From NCBI RefSeq assembly GCF_000150275.1, contig NW_002060976.1:253626-317625 (forward strand): a DNA stretch of 64,000 nt. Reading direction: 5' to 3'. The DNA comes from Trichoplax adhaerens. Its lineage: Eukaryota; Animalia; Placozoa. This document shows, piece after piece, positions 51,601 to 64,000 of the stretch; position 1 is the first letter of the stretch, and the number at the start of each line of letters is the position of its first letter. Below the pieces are notes generated by a model. The model made no database searches. It was not told where the DNA came from and saw only the letters and a list, made by a program, of their open reading frames with translations. The position numbers and the translations under genes are program-made.

Positions 51601-53954
51601 TACAATTGTTGAAGTATGAATTCTATTGATGCTTATTTAATTTTAAAATATGGTAAAAGTTATATTTTTCATATATTATTACAGAAATTATTCAATGAAT
51701 TACGAATTAAATTTTGCATGAGATAACGTTGATTCTTTCTTTATAAAAGACAACTTTAATGCTAATAGTTCATTTTGATTTGTGAATATTATAACTTAGG
51801 AAAAAGGGTGGAGCATTTACCGATTTATTTAAGCCTGTTTATAGAAAAAGAACTATTATACTTTGGATTATAACGTAAATTTCTAATATGTACTGTATGC
51901 TTCTATAATTGAAATTGATAGAAGATGGCATTTAATTTTACAAAATTTGATATCTTTATTAGACTTGCGGTGAAGACAATTTTTTTCGGGGCTGTTTGGA
52001 TGGCTCCATTATTGGTTAAAGTTGATCGATGCGGTAAAATAATTTTATAAAACAATATTTATCATTGAATTTGACTATTCCTTTTCCGGCGGTAAATATA
52101 TTATAGCTTATCTGTAAACTATAGTATCAAATACGATCAGACGTTCATATACATTTTACAAAAATGACTGCTGCGAAAATAAATAGTATCATATTGCTAG
52201 TAACTCTTTACAAATATTTATTGCTATTAACAGAAACAGCCAGGCAAGGAGCTACCAGAATGAGATGTCAATGTAAAGAAATTGATCTCCAAAATATTCT
52301 ATCCATGGTTATAGGAGGCCTAGGGGAGCCTATAGGTAGGATCTAATTTGTTTTAAAATCGAATGATAGTATGATCAAAAGTTATGTATCGATTAAGAAG
52401 CTACGATATCGTATCATCTCAAAATAATGGGCGAATTAAAATAATTCGAAACATGATTTCAATATCAAAGCTATAATTATAATTAAAGTAAGGGAATGTA
52501 ACAAAAGTAGCTCACAAATAGCAGTCCTAGTCAAATGAAATTTCTAGAAGGCTTTTATAGCGAGGTTTTTTAGAATAGTCGAGCAAGAATTAATTACAGC
52601 AGTAATCTAATCTAAAATCTAAAATATTACCTGCTCTAAGTGCAGTGAAGTCTTATTCTAATGTAAGCTCATCTCCGCTATTCTTAAATACATTTCATTA
52701 AATGTGTTTATAACAACATTGCCAGCTAGAACAAGACTTGAGTCACCGAAAGGAATACGTTTCCTCAACTAGAATATCACTATTTTCCACAATCAGAATC
52801 ATTCTATTTAAAATGTCCCTATTTTATTAACGTCTAACACCAAAAGAAACACCGAAAGGTTTTGGGCATCTTCAAAATAAGAGTATATCAAGTCACATAA
52901 TCATGTACCATAATTAGTCAACTGGCTAACATTAATTATCAACCATTTCTAATATAGCAGCTAGCAATCATCTAATATTAGCATTACGATAACCTCTATT
53001 CTTAAAAACCTGACTATATCAAATATAGCTATCATTATAATCAAATATGGCGTACACCATTACAGGAAAATTAATTTTTTTAAATTTATTATCTATTATC
53101 ATATTCAGGAGGAGTAATAGCTTTTATTTTTGTGGATTGGATTGGGCGGAGAAAGTCTCTTATCTTAGGGTTATTTATATCTGGGGTTTCATCTCTTTTG
53201 CTGACGATTTGCGCTAATAGGTGACTCTATAAATAAATTTTACCCTAATACTTGTGTGTAATGGATCATTATGCTATAGATTATGTCACGAATTTGAAAT
53301 AACAATATCTAAACCAAAAGTAAATTTAGGGCGAAATTGTCCATTAAAATTTCTAAAATCGTATCTCAATAGAATTGTGAGATATGCTTTGGTATTATTG
53401 ATGAGATCTAGCAGTTGCTTATTGAAAAATATAATTACTATAGATTATTTGAAATAATTACCATATATTTGTTCTAATCTAGATCTATCCGACAAAATTT
53501 AGAGCAATTGGTCTCGGGGCTGCTACATCATTCGGTGGACTTGGCAATATTTTATCAATATTTCTAGGCCAAGTTAGTCAATTTATGTTACAGTTAGCCT
53601 TTTTCCAGATTATTTTTCATTCCTTAGAATAATTGACATCCATCAATCATTTTAAATTATTAACAAATTACGCTTTAGAATCTCGTTTATGCAATGACTT
53701 TATTTTAGGTACTGTTTGCGACTTCTGATATCGCTGTTTTAGTTGCATTCGCCATAATGGCAGCTCTAACAATTATTTTCTGCTTAATGATACCAGCTGA
53801 AACAAAGGGAACTTTGTTAAAAGTTAGTTGAATATTTAATAAATGATATGATTTAAAAATCTCGATCATTTTTCCTATTTATAAACATTCAAAAAAAATT
53901 ACTTTTAATGCTATTCATTAATAATATTATATTAAATTAAAGGACACTGACTAA
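48658..53954 (+). pseudogene. SVOP-like copy C: full exon set, probably disabled or C-terminally truncated
   Basis: 16 exons are colinear with copy A (ATG at 48658, terminal exon GAC ACT GAC TAA at 53943-53954). There is an extra base at the exon 9 start (~51800-51805). The 3' end and donor of exon 13 are missing, giving TAA at 53455-53457. Confidence 0.75.
49447..50076 (-). mobile_element. Putative solo LTR (630 bp), copy 1, in intron 2 of SVOP-like copy C
   Basis: Termini TGTCACA...TGTAACA; 5-bp TSD AGTAG (49442-49446 and 50077-50081); near-identical to 59421-60053. The minus strand has TATATAAA (~49645-49652) followed by AATAAA (~49622-49627). Confidence 0.85.
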
Positions 53955-55520
53955 TAACGAAAAGGATAATCCTAGACTGCATAATTCGGTATTATGCTAA
54001 TATTGGCTGGTGCAAGCTAACAAATTCGATGAAAGTCAAAATTAGATCAGGATTTATGTACATCATATTACTATTTCAAGTTCAATTTTGGATGTATAAA
54101 GATATTTTGGGATATGTTTGGCTCTGCAGTTGTAGCACAGCTATCATCAACTAACTCTATTTACATTCATAAATAATAAATGTTATTAAGATATTTTGCT
54201 TATCAATCTTGACAAAAGCAATCTTTGATAACAGTATTTCTTTATAACATCAAATAATATTTATGTAGCTGCAACATAAATTATTTGATACCTTAATAGT
54301 TTTGGGTTGCATAGTTTCATATTTGCAGAAATTTGTGACAAATGAGGCCTGTTGGCTACAGGAAATCGCAAATATATGCGGCAGCTACATTACTTTAGTA
54401 TTAATAAAGTTTTGCTTGAGCAATATTAATAGTACAAATAAAGAAATAAACAATATTTATGACCAATAGCATAAGATAAGAATTAATTGTGTTAACGGAA
54501 TTATCGAAGCCCTAATTTCTGAGATTGAAATTCCAAAATGAAAATATGTATCTGCATTCTATCATCAAACAAGCATACTCACTTCACGAATTATAACTAT
54601 AGTATAAGTTCAAGAGAGTGAACTAATTACGAATTTCTACTTCGTAAGACCTGCTTATTTTGCGACCATGCTATTGATTTAAATCAACTGATTAAGGTTT
54701 AACAGCGAATATTGATATTTCTGAACAAGTTGATTAGTAGACTATAGTGCAATGTAGCAACTAGCATTGAGTCCTTCATTAGGTAGTTCATATAATATGC
54801 TAATATAACTTATCTGAGTTTGAACTAGATTTGCATTCGTTTACTCCTCGGTAACATGAAATTTTTTCTGATGTAGTAATTAAGATAAGCTGATGGATTT
54901 AGAAGTCTTGTTATTAATTTCCGCAATTCAGTAAGGGTAGTTAACTTGCTCTAGTATGAAATTGCGTTAGAGCAAGCTTAACTCTAGACAGGTTATTGCT
55001 ACTTCAACTTGAATTTTTAAAAGTTGTAACCATTAGGTAGTTTGTCTGAGTCTTTCAATACCATTTCGGTTTACTTAAATTCTGATTTAGTAGTCTAGCA
55101 AACTCTGAAGACTGCTTACTTAAATCGTAGACTATCAGCTAAATATGTTATTAATTTTAAACCATAGTTAATCTGCTGGCTCATTATTAAATTTTTCTTT
55201 ATAAAACAAAGGAACTCCTTTGGGATGCCTTTTATATAAATGTTGCCAGATCACGTTGGCTTTGCTAGCCGTCTACATTTGAATAAATTACGCGTACAGT
55301 CTCCAAGGAATAATAAAATATGCGTAATTATAAAGTTTTTTCATTGCAATTGGATGCTTTAATACTATAATAAAATAGGTTTTAAAGTGACATATTTTCT
55401 GCTAAATTATAATATTGATTACAGATACAATATAAAATCTTAAGACTTCACGAATTTACTTGGACAATCCTTTTAGTCCTTCTATATCAGATTAATTCAA
55501 TTGTTGCTGTCGTAGTCACT

Positions 55521-58500
55521 ATGATTTCAAGCAAAGCTGAACAGGAACAACATTATTTAAGGAAATAGTCACGTAGAGAAAGGACAATCTACGGTAAATA
55601 ATGCCTTGTACGTATTTTCATAGTTTTATGCATATTGTTACTTACCTTAAAAAGAAAGTCGACTAAGCCATTTGCATCGATAAGAAAGATTTCAACTGCC
55701 AGTAAAATATTCCTTTATTCTTGTTTTTACTTTATTTTCTATAAATTTTAGGCTCCTAAGTTTTGTGCAACTACTCATTTAATCAATTAGATCACCATTA
55801 ATCATTACAAATTGTTAAAATAATTCCAAAGAGTTAAACACTATTTTATCTTCAATAACAGTTTATCACTAGTTGCTATCAATTAGACTACTAAGGTTAT
55901 AAAATTAAAATCAAAACTCCAAGATATTATATCACCATTTAGCTATATAAAGTGTTCTGAAAGTAATATTTAAATCTTACTAATTCAAGCCAATGAAGTA
56001 AATCTCAAAACAATCAATATATCTATCCTTCACTACAGTACGATTTAAATACTTGCGAATTCTTGCTGTTAGAAGATTGCAGTAACTACATGACTCTCTT
56101 ATATCATTACTTAAAACACAAAATTTTATTAATAATAGACTACTCTGTGCTACAGTTGCCTAAAAATCAATTATCGGTTCATAGATAGTACTTTAAAAGT
56201 CTTATTCGTCTGCATGCTTAACTTTGTAAGCATCAAATATAAAATCAATCTCAGCTGATTTCGAGACTTACTTTCTAAAAGTAACTTTGATATGGCTGGT
56301 TTATGGAAGTTATTTTATAATATGAAGGTTTTCAAAAGGTTTCAAAAAGATACATAATAGCCTGATTTCATATGCAATGAAGGCTTTTGCTTTCCTCTAA
56401 AGGCTTATTCTCATTGAGAACGTTTTTTCTCAAATTAGATCAAAGGCCTCAACTAACCATTGCTGATGCAGTGGAATCGATTGGATTTGGAAAATTTCAA
56501 TGGCATTGTATGGCGTTTCTAGGATCTATTTGGGTAAACTCCTTTAATTAAATAATGGACAAGATAAATCTCAAAAGTTATCATAGCAATGACATGCTGA
56601 ATCATTTATGAAAATAAGAACACACCATTGCTTCAACTAAATGAGCAAATGAAATGTATTATCGTATATAAACGATGTCAAAAAGGATAAAAAGAGCATG
56701 AATTTAGTGAAGTTGGGAAACCTATTATAGTAATTCCAGTAAACTAAATGTCGATGAAACCGTAAATAGAAACAAAGAGTTCTCGATGTTTCTTAGTATT
56801 TCTCATTTTATCATCACAGGTTTCACTAATGCTGATTAACAACTGATCACTTTAAAAAATAATTATTCCTTAATTAGATTTACAGCATTTGTTCAGATAA
56901 AAATAATGGGCATGATTCATACCCGGCATCTACTTTAAAAATTAATTAATTGCAGTTTCTATGCTTTTAACTCATTATATTTGATATGGAACAATAAGAA
57001 GAGCAGGCATAGTATACTATCTACCTCGATTGTCATTTCATACTATCTTAAAATTTAAATTTACCGAAATTAGCAGTCTATCAATATTGCGGTATCATCA
57101 GATAAGAAAAACAAAATGTTTAATATCTCTACGTATTTCTAATTTATGTCTTGTTAGATGAAGGAATGACTGAGCGTCTTACTGTTCTATGATTTTTATT
57201 AATTTGTTTAATTTTGATTTACTATTAATAGTTTGCCCGAACGATGCAAATCGCAATGCTATCCTTACTTGGACCATTATTGGTCTGTGAATGGGGTATA
57301 AGTACAACAGAAGAAGCCCTAATTACTGGAGTATGTGCCATGATTTCATATGTAACGCGACTAATTAATATGTAAAAGTTAAGAATCAGATACTGCCAGC
57401 CGTAGTTGTGAAATAGTACAGATGAATTACTTAATACTAGATTACTCATCAGTTATCATTACTTTCGTTAGCTTGCATTTCTTGGTGATATAATCGGATC
57501 TCCTTATATGGGATGGTTTTGTGACCACTAAGGTCGAAAATTGGTATTTGATGAGAGATTTCGATAATATGATATGTATAACATAATTAATTAGTCTTAT
57601 TATTATTTGAATTTTCCGAATTAACGTTGCTGATAGAATTACTTACTTCTTTAAAAACTAGGGTCTTATCGCTGCAATTTTGTGTACTGTCTATTTTTCT
57701 ACGCTGTCTAGCATATCATCTGGCATCTCAATGATGTTGGTATTACGATTTATATGTGGAATTTCTGAAAGTGGAATGATTCAATGGTTAGAATTTTAAG
57801 CTATCTTAATCGTTTACTATGCCCCAAGCTTTCGCAATAATGTTTTAGAGTCAAGCTGAACTCTAATATTAATGTGCTCAAAAGTTCCTAAAAAGCATGA
57901 AATATTTTTTCTAATATAGCGTAACAATACTGAGCAAATTAGTTCCATCTATAGCCAGAGCCTGATCCATTATTTCTTTACGAGTAAGGACTAACATTAA
58001 TTAGATAAATGGATGAAAAATGAATTAAAAATTTGAACAGTATCAAAAATTAAACCATTTTCGATTTCTGGTTACAATCATAGGCATTCACTTTCCTTGG
58101 TATAGCAGTTGAGGGTATACTAGCATACGTCCTCCTGAAAGCATTCAACTGGCGAATATTGCTATTTGTTACAACGGCACTTTACCTAATTCCTATTCTA
58201 TTAAGCTCGGTAATGAATTTATTTATAACAATATGTTTTGACAATGGTGGTAAATTTATTAGCTAAAGAGACCACCAAAGCTCATGATAATCAAACTTTA
58301 ATATGGTACTTTAAAGTACGCTTATATATTAACTGTAGTTCATTGTAGAGTCTCCTCGTTATTTATTATTGCAAGAATTTAAAGGTGAAGTAAGTAAGAT
58401 TATAGAAGATGCTGCCAGGTTGAATAACAGACCAACTCCCAACGGAAATTTGGTTGCCAATTTCGAGGTTTATTCTTAATAGCACCATTAGTACCTTTGA

Positions 58501-60955
58501 TGACAGTATAATTAAATTTTGATGAAAACAATATTTAGATTACTAGTTATTTAAGGAATGTAATAAATATATATAACTAAAAAGGCACAAAAATGCTAAC
58601 AGATTTATAAATCTTTTGTTTTCGATAGTTACGAATAATTGCTTTTAAATATTTCATATATAGCAAAGTGATGGTAAATTTAAAGACCTGTTCAAACCAG
58701 CGTATATAAGAACAACCATAAACTTATGGCTAATAACGTAATTTTATAGTTTAATTGTTAGTAATAAAACAAATTGTATTTAAAATGTGGCCAATTACTG
58801 ATATAACTTTGTCAATTAATTGAATCAGATTCTGTATGATCACAATTTACTTTGGTGCCGTATGGGTGACTCCGCTTTTGGCTAAAGTTGACAGCTGCAG
58901 TAAGTTATAGTCTTTAATTTTATAAATTGTAATAAAATTAAATGATAATCTATTCGATAATATGCATATGTGTATATTTAAAATATTTAATAGTTTCTAA
59001 ATAAAATAAACTTTTTGAAATTAAATTGCATTAAGCTTACATATGGTTACTAATATAGACAAATTAAAAGGATCATCTACAAGCATAGCATTTCCCTCGT
59101 ATTTTTAATAGATAGTAAACAAGGAGCCACTGGCATTAGATGCCACTGCAAAGAAATGGGTCCTGCGAATATCATAGCCATTATTATCAGTGGTCTTGGA
59201 GAGCCTTTTGGTGTGATAATAATTTGTAAAAACTGGAGTTTAAAGTTTGATTCTAGATTAGTCGATGAATAAGATTAAAAGTCTTGTAAGCTTATGCTAA
59301 TATAATTGTTAAGATAATTACCAAACTTACATAAGTACAATATTTTCTTATCAGTAAGACTAAATTACAATACAAATCAGCTACTCTTCGTACATGCAAA
59401 ATTTTTCTTTTAATAGCTATTGTCACAAAACAGCTTTGCAACAAGATAACGTAATCTACGATCAATAAGTCAATTCCTTGAACTACGTATCAAGGAACGA
59501 TATCTGCACTATCACGAGCACTTTTGCTCTACTAGCAGACTACACAAAGACTTAAACGCCTCGTATTTTACGTTAAACACTAAGTTGGACAATTCTTCTT
59601 TATTTCACGATATACTGCATTTATATACTATTCCTCAATAGTTCATGAGTCATAGTTAATACAATTAACATTAGAATCATTTACTGAATTAGATATTAAT
59701 TTTAGCTACTGCTCTCTTAATGCAGACAACAGTATTTACGAACATAGACATGTAATAACTAATACAGAATAGTCAGATTACGATATGTCCTATCACGGAA
59801 CATTTCCATGATAATTTACAGTCTATCATAAGTAAATTACAATCACAATGATTGGAACTGTAAGCAGATGATTTGCATTCCCTATTATAACTATTATAAT
59901 TTCAGTATGTGTATAAGTGTCACTGTCATAAAAAGTCAGTGCTATATTAAAATACAGTATATCCAAATTAGAAGTTAACTAAATAAGGATAGTCTAACAG
60001 AATTATCCTAACATAGTTATTTCTACTGTAATACAGTATTTAACACTGTAACAGCTATATTTAACTTAAATTTGATATTCATTAGGCGGATTAATAGCCT
60101 TTACTTTTGTTGACTGTATTGGACGAAAGCAGTCTCTAATTCTAGGATTTACTGTAGTGGGTATCTCGTTTATTCTCTTGATGATCTGTACAAACATTTA
60201 ATTCTTCAATTAAATTTTTTTAACATGTGCCTCTAAATCATTACAGGAACTTGCAAAAAATACTAAGAATTTTAATTCTCCTATGATAGCTAGCTAATAA
60301 AATTCTTGATTCCATTTAATTTTATAGCTTTGTTAGATACGCGTTCATATTGTTAACAAGATCTTGTGCCTGCTTCTTAACCGATGTTCCATTTATCTAT
60401 ACCTCGGAAGTACGTGTATCATCAATGTTGGAATATTTAATTTAGTATGTGCTAAGAAAGCTTCTCATCCATTTTATTTATTTAATAAAAAAAGATTTAT
60501 CCGACAAAATTCAGAGCAATTGGTCTAGGCTCCGCTACATCATTTAGCGGATTAGGCAATATCTTTTCATCATTTATTGGTCAGGTTAGTCGACTAAGAT
60601 ACAAGAACATACATAAGAAATAAATAGAAGTATTTCGTGTCCAAAACTTATCATTATAAGTGATACATACGATATATACTTTAAAATGAAAAACGATGAA
60701 AGGTATTTTCTTCAACATTCTACAGAACTAATAGGCTTCTATTATCTACAGGCGCTATTTTCAGTTTCTAATACCGCCACGTTAGCTACTTTTGCTGGAA
60801 TAGCAGCTATAGCAGTTATTTGTTCTTTATTAATAAAGGTTGAAACAAAAGGAACCTTGCTTAAAGTTAGTTTTTAATCTAATTAAAAACATAAACGTTG
60901 TTACTCAAACTATCACTCACTCTTGCTATTGAACTACACTAAGGACACAGACTAA
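55521..60955 (+). pseudogene. SVOP-like copy D: full exon set with several nonsense codons
   Basis: TAG at 55566-55568 (exon 1), TAA at 57529-57531 in CDH*GRK, TGA at 57963-57965 in ARA*SI, and a lost exon 12 donor (~60195). Terminal exon GAC ACA GAC TAA at 60944-60955. Confidence 0.9.
59421..60053 (-). mobile_element. Putative solo LTR (633 bp), copy 2, in intron 11 of SVOP-like copy D
   Basis: Termini TGTCACA...TGTAACA; 5-bp TSD GCTAT (59416-59420 and 60054-60058); same orientation as copy 1. Confidence 0.85.
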
Positions 60956-63608
60956 GTTTTGGAACGCTGGTTTTAAAATTTTGCCAAAATACTTGTTTAA
61001 TTTCGGATGTTGTGAGCTCACAAGTCCTGTTTTGGAGGAATTAGCATTTTCTTTCGAGTTCTAACAAAATATGAACTCTATATAAAATTTACTATCGCAA
61101 TTCGAATTCTACCTCTGGCACAAGAGCAAAAATTTTTGATAAATTTAAATTGTACCGGGTTCCTCATCCAATAATTTATTTTCTTCCTAAAATTGATCGC
61201 TTAATATTGTAATGAAAGATAAGTCTACTATGCGCTTTAATGATAAAAGCTTCTTACACAGTAAAAGTTATTATTTACTACATCATACAAATCAGGGCGT
61301 GAGAGAGACGGCAGATTTTTAGGACAGTAATGTAAATGATCATGATAATTAACAACTAATTTAAACGTGTAGATTACCATAAAATTACAATACCAAATTA
61401 GAGAATACTTTAATAAATCGTATAAAATCTATCATTTTTTCCGAGTTCTAATTTACGAATATCAGTCCGTCACAGTTCATTGCTGTACGTCACATGTACT
61501 ATTGTACAATTATTGATCAGAATAATTAAGAATACACGAGATTCATAATTTATTAGCTGTGAAATAAAAAGAGCTTTGAGAAGCATATAAAGGAAGGAAT
61601 ATTATATAGTTTATTATGGTATAGAAGTAAATTATTGCAGTTAACCAAATTAGTGTTTAAAAACTAATCTTCACTATTTAATGTGTCCGTCCTTATTAGC
61701 TTAATTTGTTATAGAAGAGAGTTTTAGTGCCATAGAGCTTTACCTATCTATTATAGTATTTATAGATCTGTACATAAGCTCAAAATTTTTCGTCCTGCCC
61801 TCAATTAAGTTAATCAAATACAGTTGTTTAATTTAAATGTTAAATAAAAATCGATGTTTTCATCTCGAAAGTGTTTGGCTTAAAGTACCGTTTTACTAAA
61901 GAGAGTATAGCAAAGGGATTAACTATTATTCTTGTAACGAAATAAAATATCGGCTTACATTCCAACATCTAGGTCGACCACTTAACAACCACGTGGATTT
62001 GATTAAAAATCTTTCGCAGCTTTCAATTTACTACATACTATTACTAAATTATTTGTATCTAGTCCATCAAAAGATGTTAATGAATAAATAATGCAAGTAC
62101 GTGCAGGCAGCTTTAGTAATCACAATGTATCAACATAAATCAATACGAACCCAAGCTAACGACAGTTAAACATAACAGAACAACAATTTCATGCATGACC
62201 GATCAAAGATTAAAATTTTGTTTCGTTTAAAATTCTAGTAAAGATGATTTATAAATCGTTTATTAATCCATAAAAATTACCAAAAAAAATGTGATACCTT
62301 AATTAAGATAAAATCTCATATGATATTCGAAGAAGAAATATTAACAAATTGTTTGTATGTATTCCAAAGTTTGCAATTCTACATCTACTAGCTAAAGTAT
62401 ATAGTTCATACTGTCTACTAGATTACTTAGAATAATTATACAATATAATATTGTAATTATAACATTTATGCTTCAATAATGATTAAAATAATAGTAATTT
62501 AATTTTAAAGTAGAAGTCACGTTTACTCTGTCATCGAATACAATGTGAATGTGATCATCTTTACTTGAGATATAATTCAAGATTGCTAGTAATTTTTTTA
62601 TAGTTATTAGCTGTATACCGTAGAAAGATTTAACTAACAGTTAATTTATAATTACTATTAATTTAGTAATCTGGAAAATCTGGCTTAGTATTTATTGGAT
62701 CATATATAATACTGTCACAAATCATGATTTATAATACTTAGATGGATAATGAGAGTATAAAATACGGTATGACTCACTTAGGAAATTCTACAAAGAAGCC
62801 TTTCAATAGCACTTATTTGCTACTCTATGGTAGTAATTTAATCAAGTAAAACGAAAGCGAAGTACACACACTACAAATTTTACACTCAAGACGACACTCA
62901 CGACAGTCGCTTTAATACATATGCATACTGTAGAACCGTAGAAACACAATAAGCCCAATTTTTCTTATCTAACCAGTAAACAATAGATAAATACTAACAT
63001 TCCGTTAATAGAGTGTGTCAGGAGTTCATTAAGCAGAATATAATAACAGACCTCTGACAGAAATTATAAATATTCAGCGGTTCTATCGTTATCATGAACA
63101 TATATTACTTAGGGTTGTATAATATTAGCAATGAAAATATACACCTTACTTTATGAAAAAGTAATTACATTGGAAATGAATTCGAATGCAAATTGAAACA
63201 GAGATTATTATTATATCATGGTCATGAATAGTCAAGTTAACTTAATCAGCATATCATCTTCAAAACTCGTTTCGGAACAAATTCACTTCTAGTTTAATTC
63301 ACAATACTTTAGATTGGTAAATTAATAGCGTAAAAATTAAGCACATGACTAACCGTCAAGTGTATTCGCTAAAATTGGATTTTGATAATAGCTACAGAAA
63401 CAGTCTCCTGTAGGTACAACATTCTCACTACTAATACAAATCTGTTCATCTGTTCAGTAGGTTAAATATCAGGTTATCGGTTCAAAAAAAATCTCTCCTT
63501 ATTCAATATTTGCCAGTTTTGATGCACAGTATGATATCAAATTTTGTTTATTTCTACGATTAATGTCCCGACCTAGTGAACCGATACATGATTACTGAGT
63601 TACAGTTC

Positions 63609-64000
63609 AACTTCTGCACTGGTTTGCTATCTCGTGGATGAAAGTGCAGTCTTTCCGATAAGTTACCTGCATATATGTCATCAAAATTAGCAATCATAGA
63701 GTTGAATAATGACTTGATAATACATTTGGTAGTTATTCAAGCATGACAGTGGTAATGAAATGTGACTAATTTAAATGGCTTGCATTCGTTTTGTTCTGCT
63801 TATATGACAGTTAGATTGGCAGTTGTGTATTAGCGACAGGAGATAATATAATTTAAGAAAATGACCGCAAACGGTAGACGAAGAGATACTGCCTTATCGA
63901 ATCCAATCGTTTCTTTGAATTCGAAGATGTCTGGATCCTTTATTTTTTCGTACCATGTAGAGAATTGGATTGTACATTGGGGATAGGAATATAAGGCATC
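63609..64000 (-). CDS. Possible 3' exons of an unidentified gene entering from the right edge
   Basis: An open frame DALYSYPQCTIQFSTWYEKIKDPDIFEFKETIGFDK... runs from the window edge, and an acceptor-like atatgcag| near 63668 is followed by VTYRKDCTFIHEIANQCRS*. No family recognised. Confidence 0.2.

Noticed and set aside
55521-57965. Stop-codon readthrough, selenocysteine or an alternative genetic code in SVOP-like copy D
   Set aside because: All three stop types occur. Two align with Tyr and Arg/Lys in the paralogues, and there is also a lost splice donor, so decay is the simpler explanation.
49447-60053. The two 630-bp repeats as the paired LTRs of one full-length retrotransposon
   Set aside because: Each copy has its own matching TSD. 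The intervening 9.3 kb is colinear host exons with no gag-pol ORF.

Overview
This is AT-rich eukaryotic (animal) genomic DNA with short GT-AG introns. Gene content and style suggest a placozoan (Trichoplax-like) genome, which is inference only. In order, the window holds: (1) a degenerate ~180-bp tandem array built from an exon/intron junction of an unidentified minus-strand gene; (2) an 8-exon YwrD-type gamma-glutamyltransferase (+), with an apparent +1 frameshift after codon 9 and a satellite in intron 1; (3) a large RADIL-like gene (-) with RA-FHA-DIL-PDZ domains plus an extra afadin/RASSF-like N-terminal RA domain split by an 8.2-kb intron; (4) AIMP2 (-); (5) an intronless LGR/GRL101-like GPCR without LRRs, whose N-terminal ectodomain is out of frame by one base; (6) a tandem array of four SVOP-like MFS transporter copies (one intact, one 3' fragment, two disabled). 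The strongest unannotated signal is a ~630-bp TGTCACA...TGTAACA element present twice, in non-homologous introns. Each copy has its own 5-bp target-site duplication, so these are probably two independent solo LTRs. There is a 98-N assembly gap at 47338-47435. Exon coordinates were read by eye and may be off by a few bases.
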